From positions 67,893 through 131,892 of the forward strand of contig DAORKI010000001.1 in the NCBI GenBank assembly GCA_035439485.1: a DNA stretch of 64,000 nt, read 5' to 3'. Origin of the DNA: Bacteroidia bacterium (GTDB taxonomy: Bacteria; Bacteroidota; Bacteroidia; UBA4408). Under the pieces are notes generated by a model, which worked only from the letters and a program-made list of their open reading frames with translations, did no database searches and had not been told where the DNA came from. This document shows positions 39,153-49,344 of the stretch, piece after piece (within the stretch, counting starts at the first letter, position 1; each line of letters starts with the position of its first letter). The position numbers were made by a program, and so were the translations under genes.

Positions 39153-40100
39153 ATGCAACGCATACTTATTACTGGTACCAATGGTTTACTCGGACAAAAG
39201 CTAGTTTATTTGCTTCTTGAAAGAAATCTAACCAATGCAAAACAATATCAAATAATCGCTACATCTAAAGGGGAGAATAGATTGATGATAAAAAAGGGAT
39301 ATCAATATTATGATTTAGATATTACGAATGCTGCTGAGGTAGAAAGAGTTTTTGCTCAAACAAAACCCCACATTGTTATTAATACCGCAGCCATGACAAA
39401 TGTTGATCAATGTGAAAAAGAAAGAAAAGCGTGTGATTTACTCAACGTTGAAGCTGTTTCATATCAATTAATTGCTTTACAAAATATGCAGCACAATGAA
39501 AAAAATTACAAGCCCCACTTTATTCACTTAAGTACTGATTTTGTTTTTGATGGTGAAGCAGGGCCTTATAGTGAAACAGATAAACCAAATCCAATTTCAT
39601 ACTATGGACACTCAAAATACAAAGCTGATTTGTTGGTTGAACAATGTGGCATCAGTTGGGCAATTGTCAGAACAATAATTGTTTATGGAGTAGTTGATAA
39701 TATGAGCCGTTCTAACCTTGTACTATGGGCAAAATCGGCATTGCAAAAAGGAGAAAAAATAAATGTTATCAATGATCAATTTAGGGCCCCAACTTTAGCT
39801 GAAGATTTAGCTGAAGGCTGCATGCTTATTGCTGATAAAAAGGCTACAGGCATATTTAATATAAGCGGACGCGATACTTATAGTATTTTAGATTTGGTTT
39901 ATCAAGTGGCTGATTTTTGGCAACTTAATAAATCATTAATTCAAGTAGTATCATCTTCAACATTGAATCAACCTGCAAAAAGGCCACCTCGCACGGGTTT
40001 TAAGTTAGAGAAGGCAATGAGCTTATTGGGATACCAACCAAAATCATTCAGAGAAGGTTTGGCCATTATTGATAAGCAATTAAAAGCTTTAGAAAAGTAA
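39153..40100 (+). CDS. NAD(P)-dependent sugar-nucleotide reductase/epimerase, dTDP-4-dehydrorhamnose reductase (RmlD)-like SDR.
   Basis: ILITGTNGLLGQ Rossmann motif, a catalytic YGHSKYKAD (YxxxK) region and RmlD-like length. Confidence 0.65.
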   Translation: MQRILITGTNGLLGQKLVYLLLERNLTNAKQYQIIATSKGENRLMIKKGYQYYDLDITNAAEVERVFAQTKPHIVINTAAMTNVDQCEKERKACDLLNVEAVSYQLIALQNMQHNEKNYKPHFIHLSTDFVFDGEAGPYSETDKPNPISYYGHSKYKADLLVEQCGISWAIVRTIIVYGVVDNMSRSNLVLWAKSALQKGEKINVINDQFRAPTLAEDLAEGCMLIADKKATGIFNISGRDTYSILDLVYQVADFWQLNKSLIQVVSSSTLNQPAKRPPRTGFKLEKAMSLLGYQPKSFREGLAIIDKQLKALEK

Positions 40101-40106
40101 ATACTA

Positions 40107-42587
40107 TTAAAAACCTCCATCATCATTTTTATAATCATTGTCTTTTGGCTTGTTTCTTTTTGGCGCAAAATCACCTGAGCCAAAGCGGTAATTAAAAGTA
40201 AAGGTGGCAATTCTTGTTTCTCTTTTACGCTCTGCCGATTGTGTAAAATTGCTTCCTGAAGTGTTAATCCGAAAACGCATTTGATCAAATAAATCGGTAA
40301 CTCCTATGGTTAAGGTACCTTTGTTTTTTAATATATCTTTTTTTAATGCAAAATCTACTTGGCTCATAGGTAAAATAGTTCCTTGTGCCATAATATTTCT
40401 AGCATTGTAGGAGCCACTACTTTGTAACGACCAGCCTTTTTTTAATATCATATTGCTTAAAAATTTGGCATTCCAACTAAGATTAGAAGTATTTATTTCT
40501 CCATCTTGATTGGTGCCTTTTATAACAGTTTGAAAACCATTTAAATTAAGGGTTAAATTCCACCATTTAAATAACTCAATACGGCTTACGGTTTCAATTC
40601 CTGTATTTTCACTGCTGCCTAAATTGGTAAATGTTACAATAGTTTGATTATATTCATTTACCCTAATATTTCGCATGATTAAATCGTTTGTTCTTCTATA
40701 AAATAAGGTAGTGGAAAAATTTATTTTCTTAAAATTATATAAGTATGACAATTCTATATTATGCGTGTATTCGGGATTCAAATAAGGATTCCCAGTTCTT
40801 AAAATTAATGGATTGCTATAATCTGTAAAGGGCGATAGTTGGCGTGTTCCTGGTCTATTGATGCGCCTGCCATAGTTTAATTGAATTTCTTGTTTATCAT
40901 TAATTTTTCTGTTGATGAAGGCAGTAGGAAAAACATTAAAATAATTATTTACATAACTGCTATCATTATTTACTAAGGTTGATTTTGTGTTTGCTTGCTC
41001 AGCTCTTAATCCAGTTTTATAGCTCCATTTCCCTATTGATTGACCAAAACTGGTATAAGCTGCATAAATGTTTTCGTGGTAAATAAAGCGATTATTTAAG
41101 CTATCATCTGAAATAAAATTATTGCTGTTGTTGTTAAAGGTTTCGGAATAAAAATCATTATCAATTACCCTATTGGTATTTTTTAATCCACTCTCTATTT
41201 TGCCATTTTTAAATAATGGACTTTCAAAATCTAAGGTATTTGAATTGATACTAAAATTGGTATTACTGTTATTGTTTTGATAAAACCAATAAGGATTTAT
41301 TTCTTTATAATTTTCCCAAAAATTTTCTTGTTGATATTTTGAAACAGATAAATTTTGGTTGATAGAATAATTGCTTTCAACACTTAAAAGTTGCTTCTGA
41401 TTTTTAAATTTTTGACGATAGTTTAAATTGTAATCTTGTGAAAGTCCTTCTGACGGGTTTTTTGAATATCTGTTAAAAGCTGAAGCCAATTGTTGTGTTT
41501 CGTTTTCGGAATAGTTTTCTAATTTTTCAAAATCAGATTTATTTTCATAATTCATTGTAGCGTTTAATCCTATAGTAGCTAATTTGCTGATGTTGTAATC
41601 CATTCCAATTTTTGCACTATGGTTACGATTTGAGTTGTCGGAATTATTCTTTTGTATCAAATAAATTGCCGAATCACCTGCATAGGTAGTACGCTGAACA
41701 TCGCCTCTTCCAAACCTTTCATTGTATCTAAAGCTATAATTACTATAAAAATTTACCTTGTTTTTTCTAAAATTATAGGCTATATTTCCATTGTATTTAT
41801 TGTTAGTTCCTGCGCTTAAAGTAATATTTCCATTGGTACCTTGCAATTTGTTTTTCTTCAATACAATATTTATGATGCCACTCATGCCATCCGGATCATA
41901 TTTGGCAGAGGGATTAGTAATAACTTCAACCGATTCAATAGCACTTGCTGGTATTCCCGATAGCACGCCTGCTCTGCCTGCACCACTCATTCCGCTTGGT
42001 CTGCCATCAATCAATATGGTAACATTACCACTTCCTCTTAAACTTATATTACCATCAATATCAACACTCACAGTAGGTACTTGAGTAAGCACATCATTGG
42101 CAGAGCCACCATTGGCGATAGCTAATTTTTCGGCATCAAAAACTTTTTTATCTATGGTGTTTTTTACCATGTCTTGCTGGGTTTCAATAGTAACTTCTTT
42201 TAATACTTTTTCATTGCTTTCCAAATACAAGGCGCCCAAATTTCTTTCCTCTTCTTTGTGTAAAATTAGCGTATCAATAACTAGTTTTTTGTATCCCATA
42301 AAGGCAATATCCAATTTGTATTTCCCAGGTCGCAAACGTTCCAATTCAAATAATCCTTCTGCGTTGGTAACTATTCCACCAATTAAAGTGTCTTTTGGAA
42401 GTCGGTATATAGATACAGCTGCAAATTCAATAGGCAAATTTGTTCCAAACTCTAGTACTTTTCCTGAAAGCTTGGCAAATGCAGGCATACCGCCTTCTCT
42501 TCTATTAAAGTTGTTATCTTGAGCTTTAATGCCTAAAACAAGACAAAAAATGCAAATAATAAATAGTAAAAATCTATTCAAAGCCAA
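40107..42587 (-). CDS. TonB-dependent receptor-like outer-membrane beta-barrel protein with an N-terminal carboxypeptidase-regulatory-like domain.
   Basis: Signal peptide (TTG start). CarboxypepD_reg-like stretch (LSGKVLEFGTNLPIEFAAVSIYRL...GLFELERLRPGKYKL). Plug-like region (DVLTQVPTVSVDIDGNISLRGSGNVTILIDGRPS). A long beta-barrel ending in the aromatic GGF. Confidence 0.7.
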   Translation of the reverse strand: MALNRFLLFIICIFCLVLGIKAQDNNFNRREGGMPAFAKLSGKVLEFGTNLPIEFAAVSIYRLPKDTLIGGIVTNAEGLFELERLRPGKYKLDIAFMGYKKLVIDTLILHKEEERNLGALYLESNEKVLKEVTIETQQDMVKNTIDKKVFDAEKLAIANGGSANDVLTQVPTVSVDIDGNISLRGSGNVTILIDGRPSGMSGAGRAGVLSGIPASAIESVEVITNPSAKYDPDGMSGIINIVLKKNKLQGTNGNITLSAGTNNKYNGNIAYNFRKNKVNFYSNYSFRYNERFGRGDVQRTTYAGDSAIYLIQKNNSDNSNRNHSAKIGMDYNISKLATIGLNATMNYENKSDFEKLENYSENETQQLASAFNRYSKNPSEGLSQDYNLNYRQKFKNQKQLLSVESNYSINQNLSVSKYQQENFWENYKEINPYWFYQNNNSNTNFSINSNTLDFESPLFKNGKIESGLKNTNRVIDNDFYSETFNNNSNNFISDDSLNNRFIYHENIYAAYTSFGQSIGKWSYKTGLRAEQANTKSTLVNNDSSYVNNYFNVFPTAFINRKINDKQEIQLNYGRRINRPGTRQLSPFTDYSNPLILRTGNPYLNPEYTHNIELSYLYNFKKINFSTTLFYRRTNDLIMRNIRVNEYNQTIVTFTNLGSSENTGIETVSRIELFKWWNLTLNLNGFQTVIKGTNQDGEINTSNLSWNAKFLSNMILKKGWSLQSSGSYNARNIMAQGTILPMSQVDFALKKDILKNKGTLTIGVTDLFDQMRFRINTSGSNFTQSAERKRETRIATFTFNYRFGSGDFAPKRNKPKDNDYKNDDGGF

Positions 42588-42675
42588 ATCATATTTTACA
42601 AATATAAAACTAAGGAAAATAATAGGCTGTTAAATAGTTGCAAAAAGTAAATTTCTACTCAATCAATTTTTACTA

Positions 42676-44049
42676 TCAAGTATTTAAGGGAATAATTTTA
42701 ACCTTGTTCAACTTTAACCAACTTCTTACAATATCGTCATTATCGGGATAATAATCTGTTTTTACTACAACATCTATAAAATCATCAATATTATTTAATT
42801 GCGTATATTCATCAAAATATCCAGCTCCAATATATTTATTGTTTAAAACTAAAATTAATGCTTTTTCATCTTGGCTTCTACCAGCTGTTATAACAGCGAA
42901 GTTGGCTTGTTGATAACTGTGTTTATTTATCAGTTCAAAAGCCCTTTTATTGTAAATTTCAATTTCTTCCTCGTACGCGCAAATACCGTTACATTTTTTT
43001 ATTTGATGATTAAAGCATACCGAATCTTCAACAGTTAAGCCACAGTATTTAATACATAAAGTATATTCATCAATGGAATTTTCTAAATAATTTCTAGCTT
43101 TAGCAAGGCTTGTAAAACTTAGTAAAGCATTAATTGAATTTTCAATAGGTACAATACTAAAACTAATAATGCCATCTGTATTTTTATTCCAATCAATACA
43201 ATGAGTAAACAAATCCGATTTTCTTAAACGATTATATTTCGGTTTATGTTTTTTTATTTCTTCATTTTCAAGTAGGAGCGCAATTAGTTCATTTCCTGTT
43301 TTTACAAAATCAACATTATATAATTCATTCAGCATTTTGCGGCCCTTTTGTTCTTTACTGTTAAAGTGACTCATAGCACGGTTGTACATATTGGTGCTTT
43401 TTCCAATATAAATAATTTGTTGGTCCTGGTCTAAGAAATAATACACTCCGCATGCTTCGGGCAACTTATCTAAAATATATTGTTTAATTTTATCTATTCT
43501 ACGTACCATTAATTCCTCAATTCCTTTGGTGCGATATTGGGGATGGTCACTTTTTAGCTGCATTAACACATCAAAAAGTTTGGCTGTAGCCATTGCATCA
43601 CCACGGGCGCGATGTCTGGCTTCATTTTCAATTCCAATATAATCGCACAAATGCCCTAAGCTATATGATTTTAAACCAGGAATTAACTTTCGTGCAAGTC
43701 GCACTGTGCATAGGGTGTCACGCTTATAAGTAAAACCCAAGGAAGCAAATTCTTCTTTTACGAATCCGTAGTCAAAACCTACATTATGAGCTACAAATAT
43801 TTTATCTTTTGTAATTTCCTGAATTTCCTTGGCCACTTCATAAAATTTAGGAGCATCATCAACCATAGCATTGGTTATGCCCGAAATATTTGTAAAGTAT
43901 GTTGAAATATTACATTCAGGATTAATCAAACTTGTAAATTCATCAACCACGGTTAATCCATCATGAATAAGAATAGATATTTCAATAATTCGCCCTCTTC
44001 TAAAGTCAAATTTACCACCGCAAGTTTCAATATCAATAATGGCAAACAT
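42676..44049 (-). CDS. DnaQ-like 3'-5' exonuclease domain fused to a GIY-YIG nuclease domain (Cho/UvrC-N-like), with an extra C-terminal domain.
   Basis: Exo I motif FAIIDIETCG with downstream Exo II/III (HNVGFDYGF...HRARGDAMA). GIY-YIG (GVYYFLDQDQQIIYIGKSTNMYNRAMSHF...ENEEIKKHKPKYN). The ~170-aa C-terminal region is uncharacterised. Confidence 0.8.
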   Translation of the reverse strand: MFAIIDIETCGGKFDFRRGRIIEISILIHDGLTVVDEFTSLINPECNISTYFTNISGITNAMVDDAPKFYEVAKEIQEITKDKIFVAHNVGFDYGFVKEEFASLGFTYKRDTLCTVRLARKLIPGLKSYSLGHLCDYIGIENEARHRARGDAMATAKLFDVLMQLKSDHPQYRTKGIEELMVRRIDKIKQYILDKLPEACGVYYFLDQDQQIIYIGKSTNMYNRAMSHFNSKEQKGRKMLNELYNVDFVKTGNELIALLLENEEIKKHKPKYNRLRKSDLFTHCIDWNKNTDGIISFSIVPIENSINALLSFTSLAKARNYLENSIDEYTLCIKYCGLTVEDSVCFNHQIKKCNGICAYEEEIEIYNKRAFELINKHSYQQANFAVITAGRSQDEKALILVLNNKYIGAGYFDEYTQLNNIDDFIDVVVKTDYYPDNDDIVRSWLKLNKVKIIPLNT

Positions 44050-44050
44050 A

Positions 44051-44443
44051 TTAATTTGTAGGTTCTATTAAATCCCATAAGTTGCCATACATATCTTCAA
44101 AAACAAGCACTTTACCCCACTTTTCTGAAACTGGTTGACGCACTATTTTTACTTTTTGATGAATTAAATTTTGATAATCATTTTCGAAATTATTGGTGTT
44201 CAAAAATAAAAATACTCTTCCTCCTGATTGATTTCCAATGCTACTCATTTGTGCCTCATTACTGGCTTTAGCTAAAAGAATTTTTGTTTCAGATTCAATG
44301 GAAGGGGCAATTAGAACCCAGCGTTTCTCGGCATCTAGTGTTGTATCTTCAATTAAGACAAATTTTAAGATATTAACATAGTAGTTAATTGCCTTATCGT
44401 AATTATCAATTACAAGTGCTATTTGTGCAAGGTATTTTTTCAT
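44051..44443 (-). CDS. VOC (glyoxalase/bleomycin-resistance/dioxygenase) family protein.
   Basis: A 130-aa single VOC module (IALVIDNYDKAINYYVNILKF...KVLVFEDMYGNLWDLIE). It abuts the exonuclease gene with a 1-nt gap. Confidence 0.75.
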   Translation of the reverse strand: MKKYLAQIALVIDNYDKAINYYVNILKFVLIEDTTLDAEKRWVLIAPSIESETKILLAKASNEAQMSSIGNQSGGRVFLFLNTNNFENDYQNLIHQKVKIVRQPVSEKWGKVLVFEDMYGNLWDLIEPTN

Positions 44444-45176
44444 TTAATTTATTACTTCAAAGCTATAATATTTTAGTTAAATTGATAATAAGCAAAAATA
44501 GACAAAGTATATTTTTTTACTTAATAAAGCTTAAAAATTTAGTGGTATTTATTGAACATTTAATGTTTAGAATTTACGGTATGCTTTATTACCTCAATAT
44601 ATTTACGATTTATATCCATTGCAATTTATTTTTACCCGAGTAGATTGAGCATAGTAAAGGATACGAGCTTTATTTTAAAATGTTTATCAATTCCTAAATC
44701 TATCATATTATTATTGTAATTTAATTATTTGAACTGCTTTATTTACAAGCATGAGTCTTATGTGTGAATCCCACTTCATAAGTAAAGTTACTAATGGAAA
44801 TTAATATTGCAGAATCAACTGATTGTGTTATATGAAAATAGGACTTCAATTTTGTTTCCAAAAACTGTCTGAAATTATTTTGCACTTTTACTACCTTTAA
44901 ATTTAAATTGAGACTGCAGCCAAGCATTTCAGCTTTCTTTGCTATTTATATAGATGTCATACTTTTTTATCGCTGTAATAGGCTTAAAGCGCAGAGCGAA
45001 TTTTATCAATTGTTTGTTAGTGTTCAAACTTAAATTGTTGGGCATCATTAGCAAACAAATTATTAGATGTTTTTGATGAAAACTTGAAAGGATATTGAAA
45101 ACTAAATAATTTGAAGTGTTTATGGTTTAATTGTTATATATTCGTAGGAAGTAATAATCGTAATATAATTTAATAA

Positions 45177-45749
45177 ATGGGAAAAATAATATCATTTATG
45201 CATGTTTCTTTGGATGGATTTGTTGCTGGGCCAAACGGTGAAATGAATTGGATTAAAGTTAATCAAGAAATTTTTGATTATGTAGGTAATCGCATCGCTA
45301 AAACCAACACTGCTTTGTATGGACGAATAACTTTTGAAATGATGGAGAACTATTGGCCTACTGCCGCTGAAAAAGAAAATGCAAGTAAGCATGATATTGA
45401 ACATGCACATTGGTACAAGGATGTAAACAAAGTAGTATTGTCAACAACGCTTAAGCAAGAAAACTTTAGCCTAACTACCATAATTGGTAACATCATAGAA
45501 CATGAAATTAATAAAACAAAACAGCTATCTGATAAGGAAATATTATTATTTGGTAGTCCAAAAGCTACCCATTCACTTTTCGAGCTTGGCCTTATTGATG
45601 GCTTTTGGATGTTTGTAAACCCTATTGTTCTTGGGAATGGAATTCCTTTATTTAATAAAATAAAAGATAAAATGATACTTAACTTAATTTCAACAAAATT
45701 ATTTGACAATGGCGTTGTAGAATTAAATTATTTAGTTGATAAGAAGTAA
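45177..45749 (+). CDS. Dihydrofolate reductase family protein (RibD C-terminal domain-like, YwjB type).
   Basis: The N-terminus MGKIISFMHVSLDGFVAGPNGEMNWI is characteristic of RibD_C/DHFR-like reductases. Length is 190 aa. Confidence 0.8.
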   Translation: MGKIISFMHVSLDGFVAGPNGEMNWIKVNQEIFDYVGNRIAKTNTALYGRITFEMMENYWPTAAEKENASKHDIEHAHWYKDVNKVVLSTTLKQENFSLTTIIGNIIEHEINKTKQLSDKEILLFGSPKATHSLFELGLIDGFWMFVNPIVLGNGIPLFNKIKDKMILNLISTKLFDNGVVELNYLVDKK

Positions 45750-45848
45750 ATTTAAAGAGAATACAATAAACAAGCACTATACACGTTAAAATAATAGCGG
45801 GTTTAAAGTAGTATATATTTTAAGTGTTAATAAATAAAACTTTCCTTT

Positions 45849-48800
45849 GTGCGTGTGAAAGCACTTTTAACCATAATTTTTATTGGCTATTACACATCAT
45901 TATTGGCTCAAAATTTTAGTAATGCTAAAGTTAAATTTTTGACCACCAAAACTGATACTGTTGTAGTTGATACCTTGAGTATTGTGGCCACAACTTTTAA
46001 AATTAAAGATACTACCTTAATAGTTGATTATGAACTCATACAGGCCAAAGGTTTGCTTGTTTGGAAAAGTAGACAAAATTTACCTGATAGCGTTGAGGTA
46101 CAATTTGAATGTTTTCCTTTTTTATTAGCTAAACCATATTACCATAAAAGTTTGAAGCAAATGCAAGCAGCTTCCAATAACTTTGCGAATCCTTTTACAT
46201 TTCAATATCAAAAAACGAATAATGATATTTTTAAAATGGAAGGATTAAATCGTAGTGGAAGTATAACCCGTGGTGTAACATTTGGCAATAACCAAGATGT
46301 GGTGGTGAATTCCAATTTAAATCTTCAGCTTTCTGGAAAAATTAGCGAAAACATTAATATTAAAGCAGCCATAGCTGATGATAACATTCCTATTCAACCA
46401 GAGGGCAATACACAACAATTGCAAGAATTTGACAAGGTATTTATTCAATTGAATGACGACAAATCGCAATTGGTGGCAGGTGATTTTGTTTTAAACAGGC
46501 CACCATCTTACTTTATGAATTATTTTAAACGCAATCAAGGTGGTTCATTTAACACTACTTTTAAAGAAAGGAAAAGTAAAGAAAACATACATAGTATAGA
46601 CGCTTCAGCTGCGGTTAGTAAAGGAAAGTTTTCGCGAAATGTAATTATTGGCATTGAAGGTAATCAAGGACCTTACAGATTAAAAGGTGCAGAAAATGAA
46701 AGTTTCATCATTATTTTATCAGGTTCCGAAAATATTTACATCGATGGAAAGTTGATGCAAAGAGGGCAAGAAAACGATTATATTATTGATTACAACACTG
46801 CTCAAATAACGTTTACAGCAAAAAAAATTATTACGAAGGATAAGAGAATTGTTGCTGAATTTCAATATGTAGATAGAAATTATGCGCGATCTATTGTAAC
46901 CTTTGGTCATGATTTTACATCAGGAAAATTTCAAACTCGGCTGCATATTTATAGCGAACAAGACAATAAAAATAAACCTGTAAATTTAACATTGAGTGCC
47001 TCTCAAAAAGAAATTCTGAATAGTGTTGGCGATAGCATAAACTATGCTTTTGCTCCAAGTGTTGATACAGTTGATTTTTCAACAATTCAGGTATTGTATG
47101 AAGAAAAGGATACTTTAATTAATGGACTAGTTTACAACAAAATATTTGTGTATTCAACTCAGCCCGAACGTGCTATTTATCGGCCATCTTTTAGTAACGT
47201 GGGTCAGGGCAATGGCAATTATATAAACATTAATAGTAGTGCAAATGGCAAAGTTTATCAGTGGGTGGCGCCCATCAATGGTGTTAAGCAAGGAAGTTAT
47301 GAGCCTTTAATTTTATTACCGACACCTAAGCAAAGGCAAATGGCAATAGCTTCCACAGGGTATCAAATTAACAAGAATTTAAAAACAGGCTTAGAGTTGG
47401 CGATTAGCAATTACGATGTAAATACTTTTAGTAGTATTGGAAATGCCAACAATCAAGGCTATGGAGTAAAATATTTTATTGATGGCAAAACACCACTAAA
47501 AGATTCCACAAATGGATTATCATTACTTACTTTAGGAAGTTACGAAATGATTTCAAAAGGCTTTACTCAAATAGAAAGATTTAGATCGGTTGAATTTGAG
47601 CGTGATTGGAATAGGACTTCACCGCTTATAAACAATGTGCAGCAACTTGCCACTTTAGGGATTGGCTTAGAGAAAAATAAATTATTTAAAGTCATTTATA
47701 AATATAATACTTTTAATGAACTTAAGCATTATAATGGGCAACAACATATGCTTAATTTGAATTATGATAGTAAGGGATGGAAGGCCAATATCGATGGCAG
47801 TTTGTTGGGCTCAAAAGGCCTAACAAACAACACTGTTTTTTTGAGACAAAAAGGTGGAGTGTCAAAAGATTTTAAAAAGCAGAATATAAAAATAGGGTTA
47901 TTTGAGGAACAAGAAAAAAGTAGTTTTTTATCTATTGAAAATGACAGTTTATTAGCACAAAGTTTTCATTTCTTTGAGTGGCAAGCGTTTGCAAATAGTA
48001 GCGATTCGTCAAAAACAAGCTATGAACTAAAATATGTGAACCGTACTGATTGGTTGCCAAAAGATAATACTTTTAAAATGGCTTCTGTTGGACAAAGTTA
48101 TATTTTTAGCACTGGATTCAATATTAATGCAGCCAGCAGTTTTAAAAACACAAGTACGTATCGAGTTTTAGATGTTAAGGATACAACATTAATCACTCAA
48201 AATGCAGATAAATCCCTAGTGAATAGAATTGAATATAATGTTAGGCTTTTGAAAGGCAGTGTTAATTTATCCACTTTTTATGAATTAGGTTCAGGCTTGG
48301 AAGTAAAAAAGGAATATTCATTTATTGAAGTAGCCCCTGGACAAGGTTCTTACACATGGAAAGATTATAATGAAAATGGAATAAAAGAGTTAAATGAATT
48401 TGAAATTTCGGTTTTTAGTGACCAAGCTAAGTATGTGAAAGTTTTTACGCCAACCAATGAATTTGTGAAAACATTCAATAATCAATTTAATCAATTGGTG
48501 AATATAAATGCCCCATCAAAATGGAGTTTGCAAAAGAAAACAGTAAAAAAATTAATTTCAAGATTTTCTAATCAAACTGTATATCGTATGGATAGAAAAA
48601 CGGCAGATTCACGTTTGGAAGATTCATTTAATCCTTTTAATAATTTGAATTTCGATACCACATTGGTATCTTTAAGTTCAAACTTCAGAAGCACATTTTA
48701 TTTTAACAGATTGGATCCAAAATTTGGTTTAGAATACACTTTTCAAGAACCAAGAAATAGACAATTGCTTTCCAATGGCTTTGAATCTCGCAGTAATCAG

Positions 48801-49319
48801 TCTAATTCAATACGTTTTAGATATAACATTACCCGCATCTTCCAAATCAGCGCTGAAGCTTTACAAGGAATAAAAACCAATAGATCTGATTATTTTAATT
48901 CACGCGATTTTAATATTAATTACAAAGAAATAGAGCCTAAATTTACTTATCAACCTAATGTGGCTTTTAAACTAATTTTAAGTTTTAAATACCTCGAAAA
49001 AGTGAATGATTTTAATGATTCAAATAATGTAGTGGTGAACCATAATTATGGTGTTGAATTAAGATATAATGAAGCAGGAAAAGGTAGTTTTAGTACAAAA
49101 ATTAATTATATAAAGATTGATTATAACAGTGATTCCAATACTGCATTGGCCTTTGAAATGTTAGATGGACTAGTTACTGGAAACAATATTACATGGAATA
49201 TAGGGTATCAACGTACACTTTCAAATAATATGCAAGTTAACTTTAATTATGATGGCCGCAAAACTGAAGGAAGTAAAACCATTCATACTGGTGGTGTTAC
49301 GGTAAGAGCATTTTTCTAG
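45849..49319 (+). CDS. Large (1156 aa) putative outer-membrane beta-barrel protein of unknown function.
   Basis: GTG start. Signal peptide (LLTIIFIGYYTSLLAQ). Long alternating beta-strand pattern rich in Y/N/S/T. The C-terminus ends in RAFF, aromatic as in OM beta-barrels. No catalytic motif recognised. Confidence 0.5.
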   Translation: MRVKALLTIIFIGYYTSLLAQNFSNAKVKFLTTKTDTVVVDTLSIVATTFKIKDTTLIVDYELIQAKGLLVWKSRQNLPDSVEVQFECFPFLLAKPYYHKSLKQMQAASNNFANPFTFQYQKTNNDIFKMEGLNRSGSITRGVTFGNNQDVVVNSNLNLQLSGKISENINIKAAIADDNIPIQPEGNTQQLQEFDKVFIQLNDDKSQLVAGDFVLNRPPSYFMNYFKRNQGGSFNTTFKERKSKENIHSIDASAAVSKGKFSRNVIIGIEGNQGPYRLKGAENESFIIILSGSENIYIDGKLMQRGQENDYIIDYNTAQITFTAKKIITKDKRIVAEFQYVDRNYARSIVTFGHDFTSGKFQTRLHIYSEQDNKNKPVNLTLSASQKEILNSVGDSINYAFAPSVDTVDFSTIQVLYEEKDTLINGLVYNKIFVYSTQPERAIYRPSFSNVGQGNGNYININSSANGKVYQWVAPINGVKQGSYEPLILLPTPKQRQMAIASTGYQINKNLKTGLELAISNYDVNTFSSIGNANNQGYGVKYFIDGKTPLKDSTNGLSLLTLGSYEMISKGFTQIERFRSVEFERDWNRTSPLINNVQQLATLGIGLEKNKLFKVIYKYNTFNELKHYNGQQHMLNLNYDSKGWKANIDGSLLGSKGLTNNTVFLRQKGGVSKDFKKQNIKIGLFEEQEKSSFLSIENDSLLAQSFHFFEWQAFANSSDSSKTSYELKYVNRTDWLPKDNTFKMASVGQSYIFSTGFNINAASSFKNTSTYRVLDVKDTTLITQNADKSLVNRIEYNVRLLKGSVNLSTFYELGSGLEVKKEYSFIEVAPGQGSYTWKDYNENGIKELNEFEISVFSDQAKYVKVFTPTNEFVKTFNNQFNQLVNINAPSKWSLQKKTVKKLISRFSNQTVYRMDRKTADSRLEDSFNPFNNLNFDTTLVSLSSNFRSTFYFNRLDPKFGLEYTFQEPRNRQLLSNGFESRSNQSNSIRFRYNITRIFQISAEALQGIKTNRSDYFNSRDFNINYKEIEPKFTYQPNVAFKLILSFKYLEKVNDFNDSNNVVVNHNYGVELRYNEAGKGSFSTKINYIKIDYNSDSNTALAFEMLDGLVTGNNITWNIGYQRTLSNNMQVNFNYDGRKTEGSKTIHTGGVTVRAFF

Positions 49320-49344
49320 CCTGTAATGAACAATACGGTGGCTA

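Noticed and set aside
44739-44800. tRNA-like fragment (…GTGTGAATCCCAC…) in the 730-bp non-coding segment.
   Set aside because: No acceptor stem, D-arm or anticodon-arm complementarity could be assembled by eye. At most it is a degenerate remnant. It is kept only as a note within a finding.
45849-49319. Considered whether the 1156-aa signal-peptide protein is the T9SS signal peptidase PorU.
   Set aside because: No gingipain-like C25 peptidase catalytic His/Cys motif is present and there is no CTD. The sequence reads as a continuous beta-barrel ending in an aromatic residue.
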